From: Chiloscyllium plagiosum
Lineage: Eukaryota
Direction: 5' to 3'
Length of the DNA stretch: 64,000 nt
NCBI RefSeq assembly: GCF_004010195.1
Contig: NC_057726.1
Location: 19,459,321-19,523,320 of the forward strand
This document shows, piece by piece, positions 25,776 to 37,734 of the stretch (its first letter is position 1; each line of letters begins with the position of its first letter). A model generated the notes under the pieces. The model was not told the origin of the DNA. It did no database searches and worked only from the letters and a program-made list of their open reading frames with translations. The position numbers were made by a program, and so were the translations under genes.

Positions 25776-27964
25776 ACTAAGCTGAGGTTCTGAGACAGGG
25801 AAAACACAGATTGTTTAATTGGGTTCACATCGGTTTTAACTATACTGGGTATTGTAATGCCAAAGGGCACACACACAAATCAGAAGTACTATTTAACATT
25901 ATCATGTCGGGCTCTGGGCAGCAAGCAGGTAAGTCCAGTGAATCGTGTAGTTATTTTAAAGATAATACAGACATGACAGGTCCAAATAAGAACCATATCA
26001 GACTTGTAACATTAACTCTGTTTCTTGCCCCACAGATGTTGCCAAACCTGTTGAGCTTCTGCAACACTTTTTGTGTTTATATTGTAGGTCTACTTGTGTG
26101 TTACAAGGCTCTGGGAATCTCTGAATAGTTAGTCTGTTGTACTTATTATCTCAATCCGCTGCCCTAAGTGGAGTTATTTGTTTTGTACTTTAACAAGATT
26201 TTGCCCACGATTTATCTCTGATTATTACAGACTTAAATTGACAAAATCAAGCTAATATAACACATGAATTAGAAGCAGGTGGAGGCCTTTCAGCCCTTCA
26301 AACTTGTATGACCATTCTATACCATTATGGTTGATCTGACTGTAGCCTTAAATCCACTTTTCTACCCCCGATACACAGAAACCAGGGGCAGGAGTTGACC
26401 CTTCAAGTCTGCTTCACCGTCCAATATGATCATCGCTGACTAATTCAGTGCCCTGTTCCTGCTTTATTCCCCGTACCTTTTGATCTCTTTCGCCCTAAGA
26501 ATTATGTCAAACTCCTCCTTGAAAATATTCAATGTTTTGACCTCAACTGCTTTCTATGGCAGAGAACACCATAAGCTCACCACTCTCTTAGTGAAGAAAG
26601 TTCTCCACAGTTAATTCCTAAATAGACTACCTCACATACTTAGACCATGACCCTTGGTTCTGGACTCAACGATCATCAGGAACATCTTTCTAAAGATACC
26701 CTTCCAAAAACTTGGGCTACCTCTGTCTTAAAAATATTCAGTGCTCCTACCTCCACCGTTCTCTGGCATAAAGAATTCCACAGATTCTCAACTTGCTGAG
26801 AGAAAAGAATTCTCTTTGGCACTGTCTTCAGTGGGATACCCATTATGTTAAAATTATGTTCTTTAGTTCTAGCTTTCCTATAAGGGTCAGCACCTTCTCA
26901 GCAGTCACCCTATCAAGTTCTCACAGGATCTTACCAATGCCAGCAAGATCATCTTTAATTCTCCTCAAAACATATCTTTGTGACAATTGAAAGAATAAAG
27001 AAATCCACTATTTATAAAACTGTTTATGTAAGTACTAAAAGTGAATAATTAGGCAGGAAGTCTCAATATGTGGATCTTTAAAATCTTGAAACTTCTTATA
27101 AGATTCAAAATATTTGATTTTTTAGACTAGGACTGTTTTATTTTATAAATTATACTTATATTGCGATTCATTGGGAAAATATGACTATCCCCAACTTTAG
27201 CAAAAGCCCAATTGCACATTACCATACTCCTCTTTTTTCCTTTTCTTAATCATCTATGTAGACTTTTCTCAATATTAACATGGTCATTGTGACATTCTCT
27301 AACTTTAGTAATTCAGCATGGTCACAATGCTTTGCATAAACATTCTCCAATTCCCTGTCCTAAATTTCTTGCATTAAGTTCTTGCCGTCTTCTATGAGAC
27401 ATTTCAAGATTAGAAAACACTTTTTTTGTCTACTGTGTCTCATCCTTTCGTATGTATAAATATCTCTGACAGGCCTCATTTCGAATGGGTGATTCATGGA
27501 CTTATTGCAAAGCCCAGATACATGCCAGTGATCAATTCAAACTACTTACTATGCAACTAGTGTCCTACACAGGGGCATCAGCGATGACATATTTCAGCTA
27601 TAGACCTAACCTTTCAAGATTATGACTGGAAGATCCTACTGGCCCCACAGGGACCAGATCAAATTAAAATTTAAACTGTTGACCTATGTATAACTTCCAC
27701 ACAATTCACAGTACGTGGACGCCTATAATTATTATAATGACTTGCAACATGTAGCATAATTTTGTGCAATTTTAGATAATGCAGAAATAAATCAGGTTCC
27801 ATCAAAATCTTTAGTTCAATCTTCAAATAGCTGATAACTTATGTCTTCAGTAACATTTTCCAAATCCTGTTCCTATACATTCATATCCAGCTCCCTCTTT
27901 GTAAAGTGCTTTTGCATGTTCTATTTTAGTAAAGGTGCTCTTTGGTAATGAAGATGGTAGCCAT

Positions 27965-28290
27965 GATGGTGGTACAGTAGCTCAGTAGTTCGCACTGCTG
28001 CCTGCCAGTGCCAGAGACCTGGGTTCAATCCCTGCCTCAGGCGACTGACTGTGTGGACTTTACACATTGTCCCTGTGTCTGCATGGGTTTCCTCCAGGTG
28101 CTCCAGTTTCCTCCCACAATGCAAAGAAATGCAGGTCAGGTGAATTGACCACATCAAATTGCCCATAGGTCATTAGTCAGGGGTAAATATAGGATAGGGG
28201 AATGGGTCTGGATGGGTTATTCTTTAGAGGGTCGGTGTGGACTTGTTGGGCCGAAGGGCCTGTTTCCATACTGTAGGGAATCTAATCTAA
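27965..28290 (+). mobile_element. HE1-like SINE, full length
   Basis: A box gtagctcagtag, B box gggttcaatcc, V-domain, and tail gggccgaagggcctgtttcc...tctaatcta. Confidence 0.88.
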
Positions 28291-28309
28291 AAAAATGTGG
28301 AGATGCCAG

Positions 28310-28485
28310 GGGTGGACAAATGTTGCACGACATAAGATTATAGTCCAACAGGTTTATTTAAAATCACAAGCTTTCAGAGCACTGCTCTTCGTCAGGTGAA
28401 GGAACAAAGGAGAAATGCTCTGAAAGCTTGTGATTTTAAATAAACATTTTGGACCATAACCCAGTGTTATGTGATTTCTGACTTG
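28310..28485. mobile_element. Palindromic Penelope-derived element (family C)
   Basis: ttatagtccaacaggtttattt..cacaagctttcagagc arm and its inverted copy; related copies at 54783-55235 and 61118-61195. Confidence 0.75.
28364..28399 (-). ncRNA. Minimal type I hammerhead ribozyme motif
   Basis: Minus strand tcac-CTGACGA-agagc-agt-gctct-GAAAGCTT-gtga: 4-bp stem I, 5-bp stem II, palindromic AGCT stem III. Confidence 0.65.
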
Positions 28486-28929
28486 GCAGTGAAGTATTGG
28501 TATGAATTACCAAAACAGAAGAAGTTATAAACCAGATTATTTTGTATTTTACTCAGTTCAAGTTCTCAGTTTAGTGTTGCCCCTGCCTACTAAGTTATAA
28601 AATTCTAAATTAAAAGTTATAAATCCTGGGTTTTGAGGAAGAGTCACTGGACCCGAAATATTAACTCTGATCTCTCTCCACAGATGCTGCCAGATTTGCT
28701 GAGCATGAATAGGAAGGGTTTGGAGGGATATGGGCCGGGTGCTGGCAGGTGAGACTAGGGTTGGGATATCTGGTCGGCATGGAAGGGTTGGACCGAAGGG
28801 TCTGTTTCCATGCTGTGCATCTCTATGACTCTATAACTTGTATTTCATACTCCTGTTGTGGAGCACATTTTGACTTTTTATATGCAATACATACATTGCA
28901 ATACATAATTGACTCGGTTGCTAAAGGGT

Positions 28930-29940
28930 AAATCAGGTCTCTCTAAACTGACAGAAATTTTTGAAGAGTTAGCCAAGGGAATGGAAAGAGGAACGTATGT
29001 GGATGTGATTTATACAGACACTTGTTAAAAGTCCCTCAGAAGAAACTGTTAGGTAAAGTTGAAGCCCATCAAATTGAAGGCAAATTATTGGCTTGGTTCA
29101 CAAACTAGTTGAGCAGTAGGAGGTAAGAGTATAGAACGCAGTAAAATTGATATTCTCACTGATGGCGTGTAACTTAATGATGTTCTGAAAGGATCTAAGT
29201 TGGATCTCAACAATTTGCCGAATGTCACTAATTCAAATTTATAAAAATGCACAAAGGTAAAATTACAACACCATTAAAAAATTCAGAAAACGTGTCAAAT
29301 GACTTTGAATGTGTGCAGATATGACCTCATCCCCATTGAACGAAAAGCAGATCACCTTCTAAATGATGAAAATCTAAAGCAGTGAAAGTTCACAGAGGTT
29401 TGGGGGTCCTGCCATGTAGAGTAAAATGTTGTCGTCAAGTACAAAACCCAGAAAGGCTAATGGATTATTGTTATTTTTATGTCTAGAGGCCTAGAATCCA
29501 GTGAGTGGTATGGGTATGGAATGAGCTGCCAGAGAAAGTGGTGGAGGCTGGTACAATTGTAACATTTAAGAGGCATTTGGATAGGTATATGAATAGGAAG
29601 GGTTTGGAGGGATATGGGCCAGATGCCGGCAGGTGGGACTAGATTGGGTTGGGATGTCTGGTCGGCATGGACGGGTTGGACCGAAGGGTCTGTTTCCGTG
29701 CTGTACATCTCTATGACTCTATGACATTATAAGGTAAAGGTCATGCTTCAGCTATACAAAGCCCTGATGACAGCACACTTGAGAGCAGTTCTGGACACTC
29801 TATCTTAGAAAGGATATATTGGCCTTGGAGGGAATGCAAATTTACCAGGATGATAGCAGGATTCCAAGTGTCAAATTAAATGGGAAAAATGCACAAGGTT
29901 GGATTGCATTTCCCGGAATTAAGAAGGCTAAGGGATGCAT
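28930..29940 (+). mobile_element. Old CR1 RT fragment with a young CR1 3' tail nested at about 29505-29725
   Basis: Degenerate RT sequence; the nested tail ends in ctctatgactctatgac. Another young tail lies at 28706-28834. Confidence 0.75.
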
Positions 29941-30149
29941 AGTAGTTGCGGTGTATACTATCAACATGATGCAAAGTAGCTTGAGGGTTACTTCCTGTGA
30001 GACATCAAAGTCTGAGAGAATGTATAGGATGCCTCTGTCAACAAGGGAAGAACAATTCTGCAGAAGTGTGGAATTTCAGCTGGTTATTCTTCACACAGCA
30101 CAAGAAGCCATATGGTCTATTTTACTTGTAAATCGTCACTATATTCTGA

Positions 30150-30347
30150 CCAGACCATAGGGCCAATCTCTTATTAGAGGTAGATGACTGATGGTGGTTT
30201 GATCTGAAGGATACCAGACCTCAGGTGAGGGGAAAAGTTGAGAAGGGACATTCTTCATGGTAATCTCATCTGATGTAGGATTTGAACCCACACTGATGAT
30301 GTCACCGTCCATTGAGAATTCAGCTGACCAGCCAACTGAGCTAACCT
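30150..30347 (-). mobile_element. Short tRNA-derived SINE (third family)
   Basis: Minus strand reads ggttagctcagttggctgg (A box) and gtgggttcaaatcc (B box); a related fragment lies at about 2965-3040. Confidence 0.55.
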
Positions 30348-30654
30348 AATGCCTGTCCATACCATCTGAAGGAGATACCAGTCAGGCCCACTCTGAGGTT
30401 CTTTCTTCATAGTCCAGCAAAACATTCATGTACAACTCCTTTTTAAAGGGACAATTGATTATTTTATCATCACCCTTTCAAACAATGAAGTCTGGATCAT
30501 AACTTAATAAGAAATAGGTACTTCCCCTTGGCATCTTTTAACGATTACTTCAATTTTGTGTTCTCTGCCTGCATGGACTCATGCTCTTCCCAATCTAATC
30601 TATTTAAACCACACAATGTTGAATCTTCACTTCTATTTTTGCTCGAAGAATCAA

Positions 30655-30966
30655 GACAGTGTGGAAGCTGGCTATTCAGCCCATTGAGTCTACACCGATC
30701 CTATGAAGAGCATACCATCCAGATTCAACTCCCCACCAACACCGCACCCCTCCCCAACCCTTCCTCTATAACCTTGCATTCCCCATGGCTAATTCACCTG
30801 GTCTGCACATCTTTGGACTGTAGGCGGAAACTGGAACACCAGATGAAACCCATGCAGACACGGGGAGAATGTGCAAATTTCACATTGTTACCCAAGGGTG
30901 GAATCAAACTTGGGTCCCTGGTGCTGTGAGGCAGCAGTGCTAACCACTGATTCATCATGCCACCCT
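30655..30966 (-). mobile_element. HE1-like SINE
   Basis: Reverse complement of the same head, V-domain and tail. Confidence 0.8.
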
Positions 30967-30992
30967 AACTAAAACAACTAAAATTCCCTCAT

Positions 30993-31363
30993 GAAAACAA
31001 CAAATTTTGGAGGTCATAATGAGTCAGACAGCGTCCATGGTGAAAGAGCAAGCTAACATTTTAAGTCGAGATGACTCTTCATCGGAGCCGAAGAGACGCA
31101 ACGTTAGCTTGCTGTCACTCCATGGATGCTGTCTGAGCATCCACTGAGACACCGCACTGCCCTGTCTTAGATGACAGAATAGAGAGCTATGTGTTCAAGT
31201 TTACTGATGACAACCCAGAAAGACAGCAATATGGTAACAGTGTCAGCAGAAGGTTAAAATTATAGATCAGACTACAGTTAAGGTGGCAAAATGCTAGACT
31301 CGCTGTGATCTCCAACATTTGTTGTTTTCAGTACAGGTTCCAGCATCTGCAGTCATTTGCTCC
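30993..31363. mobile_element. Palindromic Penelope-derived element (family B) carrying a 150-bp insert
   Basis: The arms match the copy at 6872-6997; the right arm is interrupted at 31138-31295. Confidence 0.72.
31141..31291 (+). repeat. About 150-bp direct duplicate of 31895-32040
   Basis: Near-identical ccactgag..ctgccctgtcttagatgacagaatag..cagttaaggtggcaaaa. Confidence 0.92.
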
Positions 31364-31665
31364 AAAATTCCTTCATTCTGGCCACCATGTGGTAAATGAC
31401 ATTTTTTTTCTAAAGTGTAGCACTAAAAACTGGACACAATACGATCATTGAAGTCTTATTCTTATTTTTATTCTAATTCTTAATAAAGATTCAGTTTAAC
31501 TTCCTTACTTTTGCCGAAGATTTTCAACAAAGTGCCTCATAGGAGACCATTGTTAACAAAGCATCAGGAACCAAGGTAGGTATCCTTACTGGCAGGATGT
31601 GATTAAAGGGGACCCACAGAAAATTGTGTTGGGGCCTCACTGATTCACCATATTTGTTAGCAACT

Positions 31666-31917
31666 TAGATTAGATTGCCTACAGTATGGAAACAGGCTCT
31701 TCGACCCAACCACCAACCCTCCAAAGAGTGACCCACCCAGACCCATTCTCCATATGTATCCCTGACTAATGCACATCTTCAGAAAGTGGGAGGAAACCAG
31801 AGCACCCGGAGGAAGCCCATGCAGACACGGGGAGACAGTCACCTGAGGCTGTAATCGAACCTGGGTCCCTGGCACTGTGAGGCAGCATTGCTACCCACTG
31901 AGTCACCGCACTGCCCT
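31666..31917 (-). mobile_element. HE1-like SINE (internal deletion)
   Basis: tagattagatt tail at the left and gggcagtgcggtgactcagtgg head at the right, read on the minus strand. Confidence 0.8.
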
Positions 31918-32177
31918 GTCTTAGATGACAGAATAGAATGTGTTCAAGTTTTCTGATGACAACCCAGAAAGACAGCAATATGGTAACAGTGTCAGCAGAA
32001 GATTAAAATTATAGATCAGACTACAGTTAAGGTGGCAAAATTCAAAAAGGTATGGAGATCCAAAGACTCATAAGTAAGTGGGTTAAAATATCAAAGTACG
32101 AAGGAAAAATCAAAAAAGCAAATAGGACATTAGTCTCAATATCTAGAGGGCTAGAATACAAGGGGTTAATAATCATG

Positions 32178-32293
32178 TAGCAGCAATACAAAGCACTGGT
32201 TAGACTGTAAGGTATAGAGGAGATGAGTTCGGTGGGGCAGGACAGGCTGAGACTAGCAGCAATACAAAGCACTGGTTAGACTGTAAGGTATAG
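32178..32293 (+). repeat. Perfect 40-bp direct repeat with a 36-bp spacer
   Basis: tagcagcaatacaaagcactggttagactgtaaggtatag at 32178-32217 and 32254-32293. Confidence 0.92.
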
Positions 32294-34900
32294 GAGCAGG
32301 TTTAGGCCATTTGGCCCATCAAGTCTGCTCCATCATTTGATCATGGTTGATGCATTTCTCAACCCCATTCTCCTACCTTCTCTGTGTAACCCTTGATCAC
32401 CTTACTCATTAAGAAGCTAGCTATCTCTGTCTTACATACACTCAATGACTTGGTCTCCACAGTCCTCTGCAGCAATGAGTTACACAGATTCATCATTGTC
32501 TGGCTGCAGACATTCCTCCTCATCTCAGCTGTAAAGGCTTGTCCCTTCATTCTGATGCTCTGCCTTGGGACATCTTCTCCATGTCCACTTTGACAGTCAG
32601 TATTCTGTAAGTTTCAATCAGATCCCTCTTCATCCTTCTAAAGTCCATTGAATACAGACCCAGAGTCCTCCACTGCTCCTCACATGACAAGCCCTTCATC
32701 CCTGCGATCATTCTCGTAAAGCTCCTCTGGACCCCCTCCAATGCCAACAGTTTTACCTTAGATATGGGCCCAAAGATCTGTTCACAATATTCCAAATACA
32801 GTCTGACCAGAGCCTTATACTCCTCAGCAGTACATTTCTGCTCTTGTGTGTTAGACCTCTTGAAATCAATGTTAACATTGTATTTGCTTTTCTAATTGCT
32901 AACTGAAACTCCATGTTAACTTTAGGAGATTTCTGAACAAGGACTCCGAAGTGCTTTGTGCTTCAGATTTCCAATTTTTTCCCTGTTTAGAAAATAGTCT
33001 TTGCTTCTATTGTTCCTACAAAAATGCAGAGCCTCATGCTTTCCCACATTGTATTTCATCTGCCACTTCTTTGCCCGTTCTCCTAGCCAAAGTCCATCTG
33101 CAGCCTCCCCATTTCTTCAAAACTACCAGTCCCTTCACCTAACTTTGCATCATCTGCAAACATATCAAGAATGCCCTTAGTTCCTTCTTCCAGATCATCA
33201 TTGTACAACCTCTTCTGTCAGGCAAAAGCTTAACACTCATATCAAAAGATTTAAGCACAAAGTCTTCCCCATTGTTATTAGAATTCTGGATGGATCTCTC
33301 AAATTTTAAATTTAAAAAATGTTTCACTGTATCTACATGTATGTATGTGATGATAAGAAATCAAGTAAGAAAACATCACTAGGGGAACACTGACACCTGC
33401 GGAACTCCACTGGTCACTAGCTGCCATCCTGTAAAAGACCCCTTTATGCCTTCTCTCTGCCTTCTGTCAGTCAGCCAATCCTCGATCCATGCCAGTACCT
33501 TTCCCCCTACACCTTGAGCTCTTATCTTGCTTAGCAGCCTCCTGTGCAGCACCTTATCAAAGGCCTTATGAAAATAGATCTTGTCTACTGGCTCCCCTTC
33601 ACCTAAGTTATTTGTTACCTCCTTAAAGAATTCTAACAGATTTGTCAGGCATGACCTCCTGCTCCTCAGATGCTGCCTGGCTGGCTGTGCTTTTTCTAGC
33701 ATTACGCTTTTAGACTCTGACTCGCCAGCATCTGCAGTCCTCACTTTCTCCTCCATTTGACAATGTCATATTGACTCAGCCCTATTTTACCATGCACTTC
33801 CAAGTACTCTTATCGTTATAAGCAATCTTATCTTTAATAATGGACTCTAAAATCTTACCAACGATTAAGATCAAGCTAACCAGCCTATTGTTTCCTGTCT
33901 TCTCCCTCCCTCCCTTCTTATACAGAGTTTTATAAGCTATTTCCCAGTCCTCTGGGACCCTCTTTGACTCCAGTGGTTCCTGAACAATCATCTCCAATAC
34001 CTCTAATCTCCTCCACTATCTCCTTCAGAACCCTGAGGTGTAGCCCATCTGACCTGGGTGATTTATCCACCTTCAGACCTTTTCAGTCTCAACAGCACCT
34101 TCTCCTTCATGATATCCGCTACACTCACCTCTGTCTCCTGACTCTTTTGAAGTACTGGTTTGTTGCTGGCATTTTCCATCTGATTCAATCTTCTCCCTCA
34201 ACTGCAGGATGAATTCTATCGTATTATGGGCAGTGTTCCCAAGGGGGTCCTTTACCTTCAGCTCCCTAAGTCTGCCTCATTACACATCAATAAGTCCAGA
34301 GTTACCTGTCGTCCAGTGGGCTCAACCACAAGCTGCTCTGAAACAATCCAATCATGGACATTTCCCAATTTCCTTTTCTTGAGGTCTGCTACCAACCTGA
34401 TTTTCCAAATCCACTTGCATATTGCAGTCCCCCATGATTATTGAAATAGTATCTTTCTTATATGCTTTTTCTATTTCCTGATTTATTTTCTGTTCCTCAT
34501 CCTGATTACCGTTCAGAGTCCCGTACACAACTCTCACCAAGGTCTTTATTCCTTTGTTGTTCCTCAACTCTGTCTCCACACAGATTCTATGCATTCCGAA
34601 TCTATATCACTTCTTGCAATCAATGTAATTGCGTTTCCTGCTAACAGTGCAGCACATCCCCCACCGCACAGCCTTTCGTTAGGACGTATGTTCTGGAATA
34701 TTTAGTTCCCAGCTGATTCCCTTGATGCCACGTCTCTGTGATACCTACATCATTGTACCTGCCACTTACAATCTGTGCTGTATGTTCATTTGTTTTGTAT
34801 ACTGTGTGTATTTAAGTACAACACCCTCAGTCCTGCTTTGACTGCCTCCCTTCTCAGAGTTGTCCCCTTATCCACTGTGCCTGAAATTAGATTCCTGACC
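32285..34900 (-). mobile_element. Older CR1 LINE (3' tail, RT, endonuclease), fragmented, with inserts
   Basis: ORF pieces SCLTNLLEFF..KAFDKV..VTSGVPQ, VPEDW..NNRLVSL and IIMGDCN; the CR1 3' tail is at about 32290-32520. Confidence 0.88.
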
Positions 34901-35779
34901 CTTGCCATGCTTTGTCATATTACTTGTTTTGGAAATGTTAACCTCTGCTAACCCCTTCCCTCCTCCCACCCCCCAAATAAACATATATCCATAATTTTCC
35001 ATGCAGCTGAACCCACACCCCCACTATTTAGTTTAAAGCCCTATTCACAGCCTTTCTGATGAAGGGCCCCAGTCCAAAATATCGATTTTCTTGCTCCTCA
35101 GATGCTGCCTGACCTGCTGTGCTTTTCCAGCACCACACACTCAACTCTGATCTCCAGCATCTGCAGACCTCACTATCCCCTATCCACAGGCCTAGTTATG
35201 CAGTTTGCAAGGACTCTAATCCCTGCAATATTTAGTTGGGAGCCCATCCCATTGGAACAGGATCCTCCTTCCACATTTGGAGTACTGTCAGCAGTTCTGG
35301 GTTGCGCAGCCCAGGAAAAATACACTGAACTTGGAGGGGGCTCAGTATGAATTGATGAGAATGACAACAAAAAGGCAAAATACAGCAGAAGCTGAAAATC
35401 TGAACTGAAAAAGAGAAAATGCTAGACATACTCGGCAGGACACTCAGCATGCGTGGAGAACAACACAGTTAAATGGCAGATTTTTCCCAGGCAGTAGCTG
35501 ACCTGAGCAATTGAGAGACATTTGGGAAGGTACAGTGAGAATGGAAAGATGAGATAGTCAACATTTTAGCAAAAACAAAATCAGATCTTTTTCTTCAGGG
35601 TTCTACAACCAGGTGAGAATCTGCTAGTGAATGGAGACAGCCTATTTGCACACCTTTGAAATGTATTTTTTTTTACCTAATCTGACCTCAGTTGTATGCA
35701 AGTTCCTACTTTCACACACAGCAGAGAGAGACCAGAGGCACCAATTCACAACATGAAATTCAAAACTGTTACCTATCTC

Positions 35780-37190
35780 TTTTTATTTATTCACAGAACG
35801 TGGGCCTTGTTGGCAGAGTCAGCATTTATTACCCATCCCTATTTACCCCAGTGACGGTGGCAGTGAGCTGCTTTCTTGAACCACTGCAGTCCAGTTGCTG
35901 TAGGTGGGTCCACACTGCTTTGCGGGAGGAAGTTCCAAGAATTTGACACAGTGACACTGAAGGAGAGGTGTTATACTTCCAAGCCTAGGTAATAGTGGCT
36001 TGGAGGAGTATTTGTAATATTGCTGTTCCCATATATACGTGCTGCTCTGCACTCCAGGATGGTAGTGGTCTGAGCTGAGATGGTGTTGTTTAAGGAGTGA
36101 TGGTGAATTTCAGCAGTGTAGCTTGTATATACTACATATTGCTGCTCCTGAGCATCAGTGGTCGGGGGTGGGGGGGGGGGGGGGGTGGAGGGAGGGGGAC
36201 AAAGGTTGTTGATCTGCCTTGTCCTGGATGGCGTCAAGGCTTTTTGAAGGGAAGTGGGGAAGAGATTGTCACATCCCTCACTTGAAACTTATAGATGGTG
36301 GACAAGCTTTGGGAGTCAGGAATTATGATTTTAGAATTCCTAATCTCTGACCTGCTCTTGTTGCCTTGTATTCATAATGGCCAATTCAGTGAGTTTCTGG
36401 TCAATGGTAACCTTCAGGATGCTGATAGTCAGGTTATGAGTGAGAGTAGTACCATTGAATGGCAAGGGGTGATAAATATATAGTCTGTTATTAGAGATGC
36501 GCATTGCCTGGTATTTGTGTGGTACAACAATGAAGGTCCATGCTCCAGATCTTGGCACACATGCAGCCAAGCTTTCCCAGTGCAGTCGCAAAACTGGCAT
36601 CTATTCAGCAATGTGGAAGATAGCTGAGGCATATACTATATTCCAAAAAGCAGGACAGATCCAACCGCCCCCATCAGACTCCTTTTGATTGTCAATAAGG
36701 TGATGAAAGATATCAATAGTGCAGTCAAGCGGCACCTGCTGAGCAATAACCTGCTCAGTGACCCCCAGTTTGGGTTCAGTCATGGCCACCCTGTTCCTGA
36801 TCGCTTTGCAACCTTAGTTCAAACATGAACAAAAGAGTTGAATTCCAGAGGTGAGGGAAGGTGAGAGCATGACAGTCTTTGGCATCAAGAAGCCCTAGTA
36901 AAACTCATGTCAAGGGTAAAACTCTGTTGATTAGAGTCATAACTGACACAGATGATTGTTGTTGGAGGTCAGACATCTCCAGGACATCTTTGAAGGAGTT
37001 CCTCAGGGGTAGGCCTAATCACCTTCATATGGTTTATCAATGACCTTCCCTTGATCATAAGGTCAGAAGTAGGATAATCGCTGGTGACTGCACTCTGTTT
37101 AGTACCACTCATGACACCTCAGTTACTGACGACGACCATACGCCAACACAACAAGATCTGGACAATATCCAGGCTTGGGCTGACAAGTGC
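35780..37190 (-). mobile_element. CR1/L2-group LINE of a second family, with an inverted 5' segment
   Basis: Minus-strand PHKYQAM.ISN..ILKVTIDQKL (36340-36530) and plus-strand APDL..AKL..TGIY.AMWKIA through DLDNIQAWADK (36540-37190). Confidence 0.75.
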
Positions 37191-37734
37191 TAATTTCACA
37201 GTTGTCATCAGATCTTAAAAGTCCAGCCTTATGCAAAATTCAGAAACACCATTAACCTAGAAGCTAACGACAAAAGAGCGGTTCACTCTTACCAATCACA
37301 TTTTTCGTTGATTGAATGATTTAACTTTCCAAGTTGGGCAGTTATTGCAAGTTGTATTAGGACAATTTTAATTTGCAAAAAAAAAGTCAATTTCTTTCAT
37401 GGTTTTTGGATTATACCCCCAAATATTGGATCGTTTCATTACTTTTAATATTATCAAAACACTACATTCAAATTTGATTGGAACTTGGTATCTTAGGGCA
37501 TAAGTTAAACTGTTTAGTCGAATTTGAATTTGTTTTTGGTTTCATGGCAACCCATGGCTGCTATTTTATTTGACCAAGTGCTACATTGTTACCTTGTTCA
37601 GGACTCCGTGCTTTGTCAGTTCTTGCTAGTTTTTCAACTACACCTTCATAACAACACTAAAGTAATACCGAAAAATTTCAGCCCAGTGTTGCAGGATAAT
37701 GATCCTTCATCAGGACAATGACCTGAGAAGTTTC

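Noticed and set aside
27965-28040. tRNA gene
   Set aside because: The A and B boxes belong to the tRNA-derived SINE head; there is no complete cloverleaf, and SINE body follows.
32178-32293. 40-bp repeat / 36-bp spacer resembling a CRISPR unit
   Set aside because: There are only two repeats, the repeat is CR1-derived, there are no cas genes, and the context is vertebrate. CRISPLD2 is unrelated to CRISPR.
36160-36200. G-rich tract and poly-Pro/Gly ORFs (also 1447-1470 and 46487-46510)
   Set aside because: Simple homopolymer runs inside repeats; no evidence of function.
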